Both the position numbers and the translations under genes were made by a program. From the NCBI GenBank assembly GCA_040285855.1, contig JAUFOQ010000001.1:2232001-2296000 (forward strand): a stretch of DNA of 64,000 nt, read 5' to 3'. Of the stretch, positions 21,948 through 37,000 are shown piece by piece. The notes under the pieces are model-generated. The model was given only the letters and a program-made list of their open reading frames with translations. It did not search any database and was not told the origin of the DNA. The stretch comes from Eukaryota sp. GEM-RC1 (lineage: Eukaryota). Position 1 is the stretch's first letter. Every line of letters begins with the position of its first letter.

Positions 21948-24900
21948 TATTGTCTTTCATCCATTGCAGTATTTTATACCGACAAGTCTGTTCTTATACT
22001 TAGTAGTTTTCAAAATTTTGAGAATTTTGGGACATTACAGTGTACTCGGTAAGATGTCCAAAAGACCGTCCTAAAAGAATTAATTTGCTTTCTCGATTTT
22101 TGAGTCAATGTATAGATGTGTTGATTTCATTTTGGAATCAAGTTGTTTGGTGGTAGAAACTGTTTGTAGTTGGATAGTTCGTTGTAATAGTCATTATTTA
22201 TTTGTTGTTTTCTTGTTGTGTGGTCTTCTGTGCACATAAATGCGATTTATATTTGTCCATTTCTACTGCGACTCGTCACAACCGGATGTGACGGTTTGTC
22301 CAAACACCGCAGGCCAAAGTTACAATTGATGATAATCAGTGCTCATATGTCAATTTTATAATTCATATAATGCACTCAGCCAGGATCCTACTCCTGTTTC
22401 TTTTGTTGCTGCAGTTTGCTTTTTAGTATCGTCATCAGTTTAAAAGAGTTGAAGTGTGCTTTGAATGAATACGAGTAAAAGAGTCGTCTACAAACGAGAA
22501 AGTTAACAACTTAGCTACAACCCACTCAAGCCATGATGCAGTAAAGGAAAGTTCATCAATGAGGAACTATCAGAGTTGAGGGACTGAATATGATGTCTTT
22601 TGTCATTTACAGAGAACGTTTAATCATAATTTGAAATAGACATCTTTTTGTGACAACCAATACAATAAGGGATGGGAAATATTGCATTGGCATTACATGT
22701 GTATTGAAAAACTGCTCACCATTCAATATTATATTGGATCCAGTATATTGGTTCATATTGTAATATATTTAGATTGTATAGTTACTAAACATAAAGTAAA
22801 GAAATACTTATGCATAGTACTTAAAAGTTATCGGATGCAAAATGCATCAAGATGTATCTTACAAGAAACAGTGCAGACGATTCGATTTGATAACGATCTA
22901 CTTTTTTTCAATTCTGCCCTCGTAACAGCGCCATTTCTTAACAAAGTTATTTTCAAGGTGTCCTGGCAACGAAAATGTGGTTAATGTTGATTATTTGAAA
23001 CTCTGTTGGATACATATGACAACTCAACTGTTGTACAGAAACTTGTGATATTTGAACAGATACGATCATTGGTCGTCATACTTGAGAGCAGAAGAGGTGT
23101 TTCTAATGACATAGAAGGGATTTCGAAAGCTCAAGAGTTCTTAGATTTTAGGACTCAGGCTCACAGCAAGCCTTAATCACATGCTTTTGAACAGTTTGCC
23201 GAGACGATAGAACCTTCACACGACTGTCAAGCACTTTTAGCATCTTGAGTAGTGCATCATTGCCTTTAGTAGGGGGTAGTAAAACTGTATGCGAGGTCTT
23301 GATTAAAAATATTACAAAGAAAAGAAGCTGTTTCTGTTTTTCAGGTAGAAGTTGACAAGTAGGTGGGTTTAAATTGGATGTGAGTCGACTAAGTGGGTTT
23401 ATAGACAGTTCTGCTCATTCTTGTTTGTTGTTTGCGAGCAAATCTAGGCGTTTTCCTCGCAAATGGTAGTTGAGAGTGTTCTTTCCTGTAGTCTTTGCGT
23501 AAGGCTCTGAAAATTTACAGCAGGAAGGATTATTGCAGAAGATTAAACTAACGGTTGATTTAACCCGACTTTTCTCAAAGTGTGTGTCATTTTGGATTTC
23601 AACGAAATTAACAAGATTAGATGCTTCTTCATTGCTACTTTGATTTATAGTTTTTAGTGATGAAATGCAAAGATATATTGCTATATATTATCAAAAGACT
23701 CAGTAAGGTTTAGAGTCAACGACGGAAAACGACCAACCAGAGGAAATCATTAAGATACAAAAGGCTTGGTCAACCATTTCGACTACCCACTACTCAGAAA
23801 ACAAGATTTCTTCAGATATGTCATGGTGAACTTGTTGAGCTTAGCACTGGATGTTTTTCACTCACAGTGGTTATCAATCCAGGCTCTATAAGCGTTATCT
23901 AGCGTATCTCTATCTTGCCGTGTACCTTTCCAACCATCACACTTAAGAAGGTGTTTGGATATTAATATAGCAATGTCTTCAAATGAAATTTGGAGTATCA
24001 ATGGATGTAATTAAATGAGTCGTTTCACGACTCCATAAAGAAAAGACAAGGGTGACAATGCTATCATTTTATTAACGGACAATTCGCTGTAAAACTATGA
24101 TAAAAATGGGGAACGACTGGTAGAGGCAATGAAACTACCGAGTATTGTAAAATAAGTGGCTGATGATGTAAGATATTCATTAGATGAGGCAACATCATTT
24201 AATATAGTTCTTGCTCAGAACCAACAGTTTGAGACTAACCCAAAAGCTACCGCTGTTAGTAATGAGATGAAAATGAGTTGTGTACGTTCAAAGTGGCAAA
24301 ATGACAAAATTTCGATGTGCACATGCTGTTACTGTAGTTGAGGAAATATCCGGTTCCTGACACAACTCATTTGACTCATGATTTGAGACTAAAGTTGTTT
24401 CACAGAGAGTACCGTTAGCAATAGTGTTCTTACAATTTCCGACATAAACTGTACTACAAAATAAAAATAATTCCACACAAACATGTCGTCAGAAGAGATT
24501 GTTATGACTTTCAATAATTGTATCTTCCATGACCACCTACGCTGTCAACCTGTTCGGGAAGAATAGTGGTGGCGGAAAAGACGGAGAAATTTTAGTCTTG
24601 CTGAAATCCCAACTTTATTATTCGCCGGCTTTATTTTATGTCTTTAAAACATCGTACCACTAAGCGCGATACTTGTTCAGCGAATCTGTTTAACCATCTC
24701 TAGGACTAGGAAGTACTGAAGATGTAGTTCTACTCTGAGATTAAACCGAAGTAATTGAAATCTTGAATAACGTGTCTCTTCCTGCTACTATATCTGATAA
24801 CTCTAACTCTTACGAATGCACCCTCTGAAACATTCAATTGGAAGTGGTCTTGTGTATACTTGAAGATCACTTTTCATGTTCTGTAAAGCAAGAACATTTT

Positions 24901-26089
24901 CTTCAAATCACTAAAATTGTCTTATGCCTCAAATAGGCGTTGGGTGAGAATATAAAATCATATGTAAACTAGAGATAGAACTAAACACTGGTTTATTCTG
25001 TAAATGATCATGAAGTGTCGTGACCCGTCGTTTGACTGCACTAATTCCGATCTTTGGACTGATGATGTGATGTGATTGACACCAAAGTTGTTTCAATTCC
25101 GGGCATCGCTTCTTGATTTTGTTGATGTTCTATTATTCTGTTAGGTAATGGTGACTGATATGTCGGTTTGCAACATGCAATTACTACAGGATCTAGTCTA
25201 CGCTAACACTATTTGTCAATTTGTTTGTGAAGTTCAATTGTAGGTTACATTCACTTATTTTTTGATACGTCTCTTCATTACAGACTACACGCCTTTTAGA
25301 GAGGTGGAGCCATGTTTGTACATGATCCACTGAACAATTTGATTCCTGTGGTGAATCACATTATGAATCATTTGCCAAGAACTCAAGAAACATTTTATTA
25401 GGGTACACGAAACATGAAAAAGTTTCCAAAACGCTTGTTTGCATTTGGAAACCAATTGGAATTCGGGATGACGTCTCCGGAAATTCCATTAGAACATCAT
25501 ACTTATACAGTGTTACAAAGCGTTTATTGTCATAGAAACTCACCAAAAACTATAACCTTCAAGCATATCATACAGAGTGGGTGATCTCCCATTCTACTCT
25601 ATTGGACAATTCGATCTAAAACAAGATCGTTGTCAGACTCTGATTTAGATACAAGAGAGTTTATCCACATCAGAAACCACTCCTACTAGATTTCGCCACT
25701 GGGGGTTATCATTCAAGTACTCTGCTACATCTAAACAACGTTTTTTTGATGCAAATATGTCTCCTACATATAAAGTAATATGTAAATGATAAAAGGTCTA
25801 TGAGTGTTTTATGTGATATCAATTTCCATTTGAGTGGTTAGTGAAATATGGATTTGGGAGATGAGTGTTATTGATATTTTTGCTTAAAAAAAGAAGTAAA
25901 GTGCAAGTGATTCTTCAGCATTGTTCATCGTGTTAAAAACATTTCAGCTAATTCCATCTGTCTAGCTACTGTGAACAATCTCAATTCCATTGTTCTTGTT
26001 CTTACTGCTCAACTTCTTTACAGTTGTCGTAAACATCCACTGGATTGGGTTTGTTCCCATTCACAAAGTCAAGCAGGTTCAGCAAGGAA

Positions 26090-26400
26090 TACCAACCTGG
26101 AATACTTCTTTATCGCTCATCAAACAGCCGTTGAATTGGGCAGAAGATATAGGTTTGTCTATTCCTTGGACTGTACTTACAAAACGAACAAATACTCTAT
26201 TCTGTAGACTTGTTTTTGGTGGGAAAACTTCTCAAAACAAGTCTACAGAATCCCATAAACATCTTCCTCTCTTAGACATGGTTCCACCTAAGAGAGTCAC
26301 TTCCATACTTGAGGCACATTTTCCAGGCACATACATCACTTCTAAGGATGTACAGAACCTTCGTGCAAAAGACCAATCTATAGTAGGTGGAAGTAGCAGC
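26090..26400 (+). pseudogene. MULE (FAR1-like) transposase fragments
   Basis: LEYFFIAH...YSLDCTYKTNKY and PPKRVTSIL...ITSKDVQNLR. Confidence 0.7.
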
Positions 26401-26499
26401 AGAATGAATGGCCTTATTAATATGTTTTCCCTTACTTACGTATCATGAGAAAAATTACCATCATATGTCTGAAGTTTGCTCACACCAGTAACAAGCATG

Positions 26500-26829
26500 A
26501 ATTTCTTTAAATCTCCCTCTCGCACACCTAACTTTTATTCTTCTCCCCCTCAGAATTCCCCTTCATCCGTCCGTTTCTGCAACTTTTGTAAGAAACCCGG
26601 ACACACTATCGACTTATGCCGTGACCCGGAATGCAAAAGAAGCAAACTTAGCCCCTCCAACAAATTCTCTAATAACCCCAAACCTAAAGATCAACCTAAG
26701 AATAAACCCTACAATCGAAGGAACCCAACGGTCAACAGAACCTACGGAACCAGACAAAATTCCGCTCCTCGACAAACTAATTGTATTTTTAACACAAAAG
26801 AGGCCTCTTTAATCCCTGAGGTTAAGTGA
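26500..26829 (+). pseudogene. Gag nucleocapsid fragment related to element A
   Basis: CNFCKKPGHTIDLCRDPECKRS...RRNPTVNR versus CAYCKEPGHVKADCPDPSCRAS...RDPTINR in element A. Confidence 0.8.
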
Positions 26830-26939
26830 ATATAAAGTGACTCAGTTTCTCTTCTTGTGATTAATTTTGTTTAGTTGCTGCCAAAGAAAGCCTATTCCTT
26901 GAAGCTATATACGATATCGACGATCGCAAAGACGAAGAG

Positions 26940-27130
26940 TTTTTAACAATGATGTTCAATGAAATAATTGATCATATTGGCAGCCATTATGTCAATCTAG
27001 TTATTACTGATGGTGCACAACATTATATGAACGCTGCTATGAACCAAACCTTCAAACTCAAACACATTCGTGGAATCCGTTGTGCTATTGGTATTCATAC
27101 AATGAATTGCTTTTTAAAAGACAACTGTAC
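26940..27130 (+). pseudogene. hAT transposase core fragment
   Basis: IIDHIG...LVITDGA...IRCAIGIHTMNCFLKD resembles the hAT VTDNA...CxAH.LNL segment. Confidence 0.6.
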
Positions 27131-30100
27131 ATCAGAGTCTAGTCTCAAAATCCCTTCAATTGTTTTGCTCTGACAAAGGGCCACAAAGGTCATCAACTTT
27201 GTACTAAACAAACCATTTGTCCGAAAATTGATGAAAACCCCACCAATGTAGTGGGTTTGCTGTAACTTTAAAATCATCATCGACTGTGACTTTTTGTTCT
27301 GTGTGCTCTTTCTTTTCATCAGAATATTAAATTCATTGAGCAGTAGAATTGGATTTAGTATACTCTACTGGTGAATTGTTGTCTTGATTTAGTATTCGTG
27401 TTCCCCCTCTGCAGGTTACACAGCCTGGAATCTGTTCGTATTCGTACTCATGGGGCTAGTTTTGAGCAGAACGATCATACTTCATGTGGAAACCACAACA
27501 AAATTGGACAAAACAATGGTCTTTTTCGAAGTCGTGTATGTAGTTTACAAATTATAAACAAAATTTCTGTGGTAAAATGTCAAGTGAACATTCCACTGAT
27601 TAAATAGTCAAAAGATAAAGGGGGATGAAGTTCTGAGTGGGAGACTTTTCTTCAGCCACTGACTAGAACTGCACTAAAATGAAATGATGAATCACTAACA
27701 TCAATCGAGTAATGTAAAGAAACGGTGAAAGAGGGATTTCAGAGATGTTCAGTCACCAAAAATATCGTTAAACATTCCAGCACATTCTAGCACTAGTATA
27801 AAACCCATTAATACCAGAAATTCTTAGCAATAAGACAACAACATCAATGAGAAGTGACCTTTGGTCGTCTCAAAAGTATTTCCAGTGAGCATGGTTTGGA
27901 CCAGCAATCAGTGAAATGATGGATTCTAATGATGAAAGATCGGTAACAAGGACATCAATGGAATGATCTCAGTGATGAGTGATGTCGAGAGAGATCAAGA
28001 CCAAGACAAGTTTAAGGTTTTTGTTGATGAGTTAGAGAACGACTATTCGGAATATGAGTTATTACACGACGAAGAGTAAGCTTGCATGGAGATAAGTGAG
28101 GACGGGTAGAAAGAGAGGGTAAATCGGAAAAGGAAGACTGAAACTCAAGCATCATGTACAACTGCAAGACAGAGTTGTACATTTGGACGTACATCAGTAC
28201 GCAAAGGGAAAGAACGAACCTACCCAGAGAAGAAACATCAGAATACGAGAAAATGAGCAACGTAGTGATGACAAGGGAAGAATGACGAATATTATAGAAC
28301 TGTTAAGACTCAGGAGGTAGACAGAAGGAATGACTAGAGAGCAAACGTTCATGTTGAGGACGAACTTCTTCATTCACTCCATCAAGTATGAACTTCAACA
28401 CTTGACCCCGTCTTTACGCCGTGTGACCTCGCCTTCTACTCTCATATGATCTTCATTCCTTTATCTGTCTTTGTATCCGCGCGTGGACTATCAATCAATC
28501 ATCTATCGTGATCACTTCATCCTTGTTTCTTCATGTCTCTACTCTTACATAAGTTTCTGGAAATGATGGCTGTTCTTCATATACATGTTTTAACGCTTAT
28601 CATAGGATCATTAACTCTATTTCATGTTTCTCATCTCATCTTGTTTCGAGATTATATAGGACGTCTACAAACGGGTAAGACTGTGTGCATCAGATCAATG
28701 TTGCATTCATTTGTGTAACAGTTTAGAGCTGTACTGTGTATCATAAACAAATGTAGGGTGGGTAAGAGAGATTCTGAGATGGTGCTAGTGTATTTCCGTA
28801 GTCTTTTTAGTATGACCCTTTTTTAATAGGCAAGATTTGTCATCCAAATTCATACTGGCGACACTTTATTATTATAGCACTAAAGTAAAGCCAATTTGTG
28901 TGGTAAAGACAATGATTTATTTATATTCCATAAATTAAAAAAACCATTAAGAATACAATTCTACACGAAAAACAGATGACAGGGTCTGTTGTCCCGAAGT
29001 AGAGTTTAAGAGGATCATCGGCCTTAAGTAGCAAACTTTTGGGAAACTTGTCAAATAGTGAAAACTTTCTAGGAATTGGAAGGAAATCCTGTCTAGTTAA
29101 ACAAGTCCCCACCAAATGTTTTGTAACAGCAGCTAGTTCAATTTCATTCAAGCTAGAACTTTCAATTACACGCAACAAAGGTCAATCTCCATTGATCGTT
29201 AGGAAGAGTTGGTAGTTGTAAAAAGTCAATATCGCAGAGTTTGGAACAATTAATATCTTTACAATAAAGTGCTGAGTGATTTGCAATCAAATAACTGTAA
29301 AGAGGAGTTAAGTTCGGTCCCAACAACCATTGATGTAGGATATCGATTAACTTGCACATAGTACTTACAATCGTGTTCCAATTTGGATTCATCACAGAAT
29401 CAAACAAAATCCGCTATTCTTGGACAAACAAAGGATTCATCAAAATATGCTAGATCGTCAGCACTAAGATTGTCTACTAGTGGACTCAACTGTCTAGAGC
29501 AAGAACTTTTGGATAACACAATCATTGCTACAACTTTTGAATCGTTTATAAATTCATTACATTCAGGCCATTCATTTGATCTCAGTAAATGAAATCTCCC
29601 TCACTAGTTCGCTTCTTCATTCACCTTCATCTTCTGTATTTGAGTTGCTACACGTGTCTTTCACTGGTAAACTGATCTTAGAAAAGGACGAAGTAATGAT
29701 TGAGAAAACTGTATATTCTATCATAATCAAAACTGAACAACTTTGTATTCATCATATGCTAGTGAAGATGTCTAACTAATCTTCATCAGAGAAAGAAGTG
29801 AGTCGACTTTCATCTGACTCTGATTATGACGATTGTTTCCTCACTGGTTTTGTACTTACAAATTTACTATGCTTTGTGAAAGTAGACACTCCAGCTAATG
29901 TTTAAAGAATGTCTTAATTCATGATTAGAATCGAGTTTTGAACGGTACTGTTTGATCTCTTTGAGTTTAAGCACAATCAATAACTTCACATAAACTAATC
30001 AGCTAAAAAAACAGACAATGTGTTCATTCAATGTAACAAATCAAGAGATGAAACAAAAAGTCAAAAAATCAAGATAAGGACAAGACTTTGACCTTATTTT

Positions 30101-31022
30101 TAAAAAGCCTTAATTAAGAAGCTAACTTTTTTGGTAAATACATTTGCTTAGTTTTATTCACTGAATTGAAAAAAGACTAAGAATACAATTCTACACAAGA
30201 AACTGGTGCCAGAGTCTGCAATCCCGAAGTTTGGGACGAAGCCATTATATGGAATCCAGATCCATAAACTTTCAATTGTCCAGTTTGAGGTACATAACAC
30301 AATCCAGGGTGAGAGCAATTCAACTTTTGATCAGGATTTCATTGAACAGAGGAAAAACAACTGACCCTGGAACACTTGGGAAGAGCTGGAAGAGTAATAG
30401 GAAGAGATATTGTAATGTGAGGGGAGGGGATCCTAGAAATAATTGCAGAGGGAAGATGTGAGAGAGGAAGGATTAGTGTTGAGATGAGGTTCGATGTAAC
30501 TGGTAAGTCACAAAACTTTGACTCAAATCACTGGCGTTCTGAAGAAGTTATTGAGATAGCAGTGGAGAGGATAGGTCTGTTATCACGATAAGATGATACA
30601 GAGAGAGTACATGAGTTACAAAGACATTGTCAGAAAGGTGAGATGAGTAGGATCGTAGAAATGAGATTGGAAGGGGTAAAAGTAACAGTACACAAGCTAC
30701 ATTGTACCTTTTTTTGAAAGAGACAGATAAAGTTGTAGAGGAGACATGGGAAGAAGATGCATTGACGTGGCTTAAGAGATCTGACCATTCCAGACAGTCA
30801 TGAGAAAGAAACACAGTTCTGACTGTTTGTTGTTTAGGAGCAGTGCTGCTTCTGGCTAATGAGAAGTAGTATACTTCGACAAAACACTACTAGGATGATT
30901 TACGCATGGATGTTTGACTAGTGTACTGTTTTTTAAAGAGGTGTTGTTTAAAGAAGCACACTGATGATGGATGATCGTGATTATCAATGAAACAGTGTTG
31001 ATTCATCGAAACTTCTTTGTTC

Positions 31023-31093
31023 ATGTTCAAAGCACTCCTGATAGCTCTTCTCTTTGCTGCAGTGTTCGCAGAATGGCAGACTCCTGTCTATCC
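31023..31093 (+). pseudogene. 5' part (signal peptide) of a small secreted Cys-rich protein gene split by LTR element C
   Basis: MFKALLIALLFAAVFAEWQTPVYP continues in frame across the ATCC TSD into HENTDASNAECDTC at 37330. Confidence 0.8.
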
Positions 31094-34000
31094 TGATACC
31101 TTCAGTACAAAGGGAAAGGGAAAGATATTTATAAATGAATTATAATGACTACGTAACTATACTACTAGTAATACCTTTGGCTAACATTACCTCTTCTCTT
31201 CTTTCGAGCTCCTTGTTCTCTTAGCCACAGGTGTCTTAACTTTGGAGGGTGACTTAGGACTACTCTTACTACTTGAGGTACGTTTAAGCTCAGGCTTCTT
31301 GTTACTAGTCTTGATTCTACTATTACTATGAAATAAATCTACATTTTCTAAATTACAAATTCACTATACACCTTGGTGTGTTTGATGTCTTTGATGGGAA
31401 CTGATGAAGTATCACCACCCAACCAAAGGACAGTACAATGTTGAACATCGAATGTATCGAACCTGTCTAGGATCTTAATCGCGATGTGTTCTACAGAATC
31501 CCCAGAAGCAACTACTCTGTGGAGATCATGATCAGCAGGTAGATCTGATTGAAAGATCTTACATTGATGAATGCTAGTCTTACTAACATATCCAGTGATC
31601 AGATTCTTTAGTGACACAGAAGATTTCGAATCAACTGATACAACTAGAAAAGGTCCAAAGTAATTACCATGGAGCTTACTAGTTTTGGCGATCTTTAACA
31701 CAAAATCACCAATCTTAAATGATTGACTAGATTCAGATTTCTTCTTGGGCTTGATTGACGTCTGTCGAACCTCTGCCTCTTCTCTCATTTTCGTTAGTCG
31801 TTCTAGTTTCATTTTAATGTCGTCAATATACGGAACATTCTTTGTTGATTTCTCAACAGCATCTAGTAAAATACTAGGATCTGCACCAGGACTTAAGTCG
31901 CTACCAAACATCAGTTCGTAGGGAGTATGCCTAGCGTTGATTTGCAACTATACAGTTGGAATGTACGTTGACCAATTGTCTCAAACATTGAAGTCCACAA
32001 GGAGACGACGTAGGCTTTGCAGAACGTCTCTGTGACGTCATTCCACCAGCCCATTACTCTGGGAGAAATGAGGAATCGAACGACTTTCTTCAATCGCCAG
32101 TAGGTTACAAACTGCCTCGAAAATAGCATTGGCAAACTGAGTACCATTATCACTATGGATACACAACAGTATTCCGAAAATAACAATCACATCTCACACA
32201 AGACAATATGCTATTTCTTTACTATTGATATTTCTTCGAAGGGGCACAGAATGGTGTATCTGGTGAAAGAAACTACAAACACCAAGAGGTATTGGTTTCC
32301 ACTCTGATCTTTTGGAAGTGAACCAATTGTATCGACGATTAGTCTAGCAAAAGGTCTATCAGCCCATAGAGAATCCGTCGATTCAATAATCTTTTCAAGA
32401 ACAGGTGCCGTTTTCTGACACGGGGGCATTACTGAACATGTTTTATCATGTCAGCTTTCATACTTGACCAAAAGTAACCACTACAGTGTGTCCAAACTTT
32501 GTTTCTTGCTTGGATGTCCTGACTGGACTAATCCATGCAGCATGTAAAGAACCTTCTTTATCAAGCTAGATGGAATCAATCTCTTGTTCGTGGAGTTTAT
32601 GTGTACATTACTCTTTGTCCACAAGGTCGATCCAGTGAACAGTTGATCTCATTGTTCTATCGCTTTGCTTTGTTCCAACCTGATGGTTGATAGCCAAGAA
32701 TCAAATAAAGGGATTTATTGTCGTATGAGAGGTCACGAAGACACTTGATAGCCAGCACGTTGGTGTTACGTGGAAGCATCTCAAAAATAATTTGCGTCAT
32801 CAATGAGTAAGCCTTCATGAGAAAGGGTTAAATCATATTTGATGGAAAAATTTGAGATCATCAAAGATTTGATTGTTTCAACTGGGCGTCGGTCAATAAC
32901 ACGTGTTAACATGTCAGCCCATTGATTGTTTGTACCAGCTACAAGCATTATCTCAAAATCAAACTCAGATAAAATGGGAATCCATCGTTTCAATGCGATT
33001 CTTCTCTGGAGTAAAATATTAGATAGGCAAGGTTCCTATGATCATTCGAGATCGTAAAGTGCCTACTTAACAGGAAACCTTCTAAACTAGATTCGGTCAG
33101 AATCAAGAGAATGGTAAACAGCTCTTTCTGGATAGCTGCCCATTCTGTTGACTGTCATTGAGTAAACGGCTACAAAAAGATACATGTCTAACTCTACGTT
33201 CATCTAACGGAGTACCTGGAGGAGCTGGGGGATGTTATTCCAGCCAGATCACACCACCAACAGCAATGTTGGATGTATCTGTTGACATGATAGTGTTCTT
33301 ATCAGTATCAAGTAAGTTTAATGCCATGTGACTTTGGATCTCAGACTTCAATTGTGCGAGTAAAGCATCATGGTCTTTTGTTCAAAGAATCTTCTTTGAT
33401 TTTCCACGAGTGAGTTCATTGATTGTAGTAGTCAAATTTGAATAATTCGGAATCCATTCACGAACATGATTTAACGCATCAAGTAAACTTCTTACCTCTT
33501 GTAAAGATGAAGGAGCTGGAAGCTCGATCAAATCCGAAACTCTGTTCTCATAAATGCTACGGGTTTTGTTGCAAAAATGTCTGTCCAGAATCTTATTAAG
33601 ATGTTTAGAAGTGGTGAACCTACACTTCCGTAATCCAATCCGTACTCTAAAACGTTCTGCTCGTTTCAGTACAAGATTTATTCTTGAAATAAACACTTCG
33701 AAAGTATTGCCTACAACAAATATATCATCTATATAAATGAAAACATATTCGACATGGAATATTTCCATCACGATGTTTTGGATAATGGTTGGTACCGTCA
33801 TCAATCCAAAACATGCTCGTTTGAAGCTAATAGACATTCCAGGTATAGACACACTGGTCTTTTCGTCATCTTTTTCAGCTACATTTAGCTGCCAGAATGC
33901 TTTAGGAAGGTCGAGTGTTCCGATGCAATTTGCTTTGGAAAGGAACTCTAGAATATCACAGAACCGAAGTACGTTTGGTTTCACCGGTCTGGTATTAGCT

Positions 34001-37000
34001 TTAATCCCGTCTGGTACACCGAAGTCACCAGTTAAACGAGGCTTCCTTATGTGGTCTTTGTACACAACCAACATAATGGGATTACTGAACTTACCAGTCG
34101 ATGGTACGGTCCATCCTGTCGTATAAGTTCATTCAAAAAAAAATTCGGCTATACGCTGTTCTTCAGGGTTAAGCCTTTAAGGAGGACGAAATACAGTGAC
34201 ATTTTCATCGTAAAGGAAATGGTCATCGGTGGACAAATCGAAACCATATGAGTGAATCTGCTCGGACAACACTTGTTTGTATTTACTGAGTAGGCTCAGA
34301 AGCTCCTATGTCTGTTAGGATCATCCAATTCTATCGTCAACCAGAGTCAATGGTTTCTTACAACAAACTGATGTCAGTTTGAGTGTTACCGTACTAATCA
34401 ATATTAAATTTATTGTTGAGAAATTTGATTGAACACTATTGATTGATTGTAATGGTGATTTCATTCTACCATCAAAAACTCTCTACATTGAAAAAAGTGC
34501 GATGCTCTTTATCTAATCTAATGACTAAACCATCATACGTTAGTAACTCCAGTTCATCTTGCAAATCTCTGCCAATCAGAAGTTGTTTGGATCCAGGTAC
34601 AACTGAGAGAGAAGTGTTTTCTGTGAATCTGTTTGGCCAAGCTACCAACGTTGAACGTCAGAACACCTACTGCACTACCTAAGGATGTTGCACGAATATT
34701 ATTCGCAGAGATGTAGTCAATACAACTGTCAATCGTTGCCATCTCACAGTGACAAATCAAATCTTGGGATATGATTGAGCATGTAACTGCAGAATCAATC
34801 TCACCAATCACTGGCACATTGTTAAACAACAATCGAATACACAAGGAACCGTTATCCTTTGACTCGATCCCTAAGTTCTGGTTGAGACTCCGAATTGTTT
34901 CAACAGATGACGTACTTCTACCCTTGCTTGAATGTGTGTTCAAAGCAGCCAATGGGTTCATGTACTTTGCTGGTTTAGTGTAGTTGTGTTTACCTTTAAT
35001 ATTTGAAAAATAAAATTGGTGTATTGAAACGACAAAAATCACTACGACTATCACCAGACCTACGTTTTGTGGTCTTTTCTTTCTTTTTACGATTGAGCAC
35101 CATATTTCTAAGGTGGCAATCAGTTGCAGAATGTCCAAATTTGCCACGGTTAACACGTTTAAGAGTGGTCTTAGCGTCAAAAGGGAGTTCAGAGGTCACT
35201 TGAAACAAGGACCTTGATTTCTATGTGGAGCGTTTCCACGATTTCAGGAGAAGCTTCTCAATTGAAGACTTCAAAAGGATGGGCAAATGGAACTACATCA
35301 TTCAATTGCATGTAAGTGATCCAAATCCCTTCAACTTCGTTACAAAAACTGTTGGAGGAGGCTATCATCCGACTTCAGTTTCTGTTTCCCAATGTGACGA
35401 TTGGTTGAGTGTTGACCTGATTTGCCAGAGTTGAATCAATCGTTCATCTGTGGACAAAATTTCGAATGACTTCACTTGTCAAAGTGACTCAAGGTCTTCT
35501 CAAAACCAAAAACCCAGTATAGTTCAAAACTTGGTTTTCTTGTGAGATGATATCAACAAGAGTCAGTAGACACTGATCTCTCTAAATCAAACACACGCAT
35601 CTGAGGTTTCGTACAAACTCTCAGGTAATACAATCCAGTGAATCTTCTGTGTGAACTCTACATTTTCTCTTTTCGTCATGCAATGTTTTCATGAGACAAC
35701 TACGTTGGAAAATTCTAGGACTTGTACAAGATCATTCACTACACTCATGGAAGTGAGCAACAATAAACATTGACCAAACAATATCATTACATCAAGATAT
35801 TTGGTTTATTTTTAAAAAATCTATATGTCAACAAGACAACGGTTCGACTCCCATCGACATCCAAAATTTCACTCAATTGGGGAAATGGGGAACCTATGTA
35901 CTAAATTTGCACTGATATCGTCAGAGTGGCCTTACTGTTGGTCGAGAGCTTCATTTAAAGGAAGTTCGGTAGACAGAGGCTTTCTCAGTCTTGGACATTA
36001 GCGTTTCATCTCATCAACCGTTTGTTAATGAGGAACTACTGAAGACACAAATTTTGTCTAGAGTAGGGTTCTAATCTACATCTTGTATGAAGAGAACTCT
36101 TCTGGACTGCCTGAAATAGGTCTTATGTCATCTACGTTTCTGTTTTGAAGACAAAAGTCTACAAAGACGAAACGATTTCAATCTGAAACAACTATGTGGA
36201 CATGCCTATCTTTCGTATGGGGCTTATAGTCTTACCAGAACTCAAAGATAAAGTGAGTACAACTCCAACTAAATCGTTCATGGGGTTCACATAGTAGACA
36301 AACTCAACTCTTAATGCCGTCTAACGAAATGGAGGGACTTACATCTTCCTTGTGCAGGTGAAACATCAGATATAGACAGTTATTTATAACAAAACACTGA
36401 AAAGCTCCTGATATCTCCAGAATAAAGTGCAAGGGAAACATTATCTGTTTATAAGCCTGCTACAAGGGAATTGCTTGATGGTTCATTAACAAATGACACA
36501 GTTTCAAGACATAACATCAATCCAAACAACACAAATGTTGATCAATAATCTTGAGAATTCCTCAGAGTGTGACTGTGAGTGTATTCTTGAAGAATGATTG
36601 AGTTCTTCTATCAATGATAGGCATCCATGCTCAGATGGGATAGTTGTTGACTTGGATCTACATTGAAGTATCCTTTACGAATAAATCGATGATCTCATTA
36701 GTCACTTCAGTTGACCTCACCTAAGGAACTGGTACTCTGTTCAATACAGATTCTTTATTTGAAAACAACAACAGTACTACTGATACTATTGGTTAAAAAA
36801 AACAGGTTCAAGGTTACTTTCTGCTGACAAAGTGGTAGCGTAACACTATTGATAACCCCAAGGAGGTCTAAACTTGTTCAATAAAGACTCCATGTCTATT
36901 ACTGAGGAAGTTAGACCTCCTTGACTGCCGCCACCCGTATTGGATGGGGGTCTTACATCCTTGACTGCCGCCTTCCACAGAGGATGGGGGTCTTACGTCC

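Noticed and set aside
35835..35863. GGTTCGACTCCC...CCA tRNA-like fragment inside element C
   Set aside because: T-stem does not pair and no upstream tRNA arms; likely chance within decayed gag
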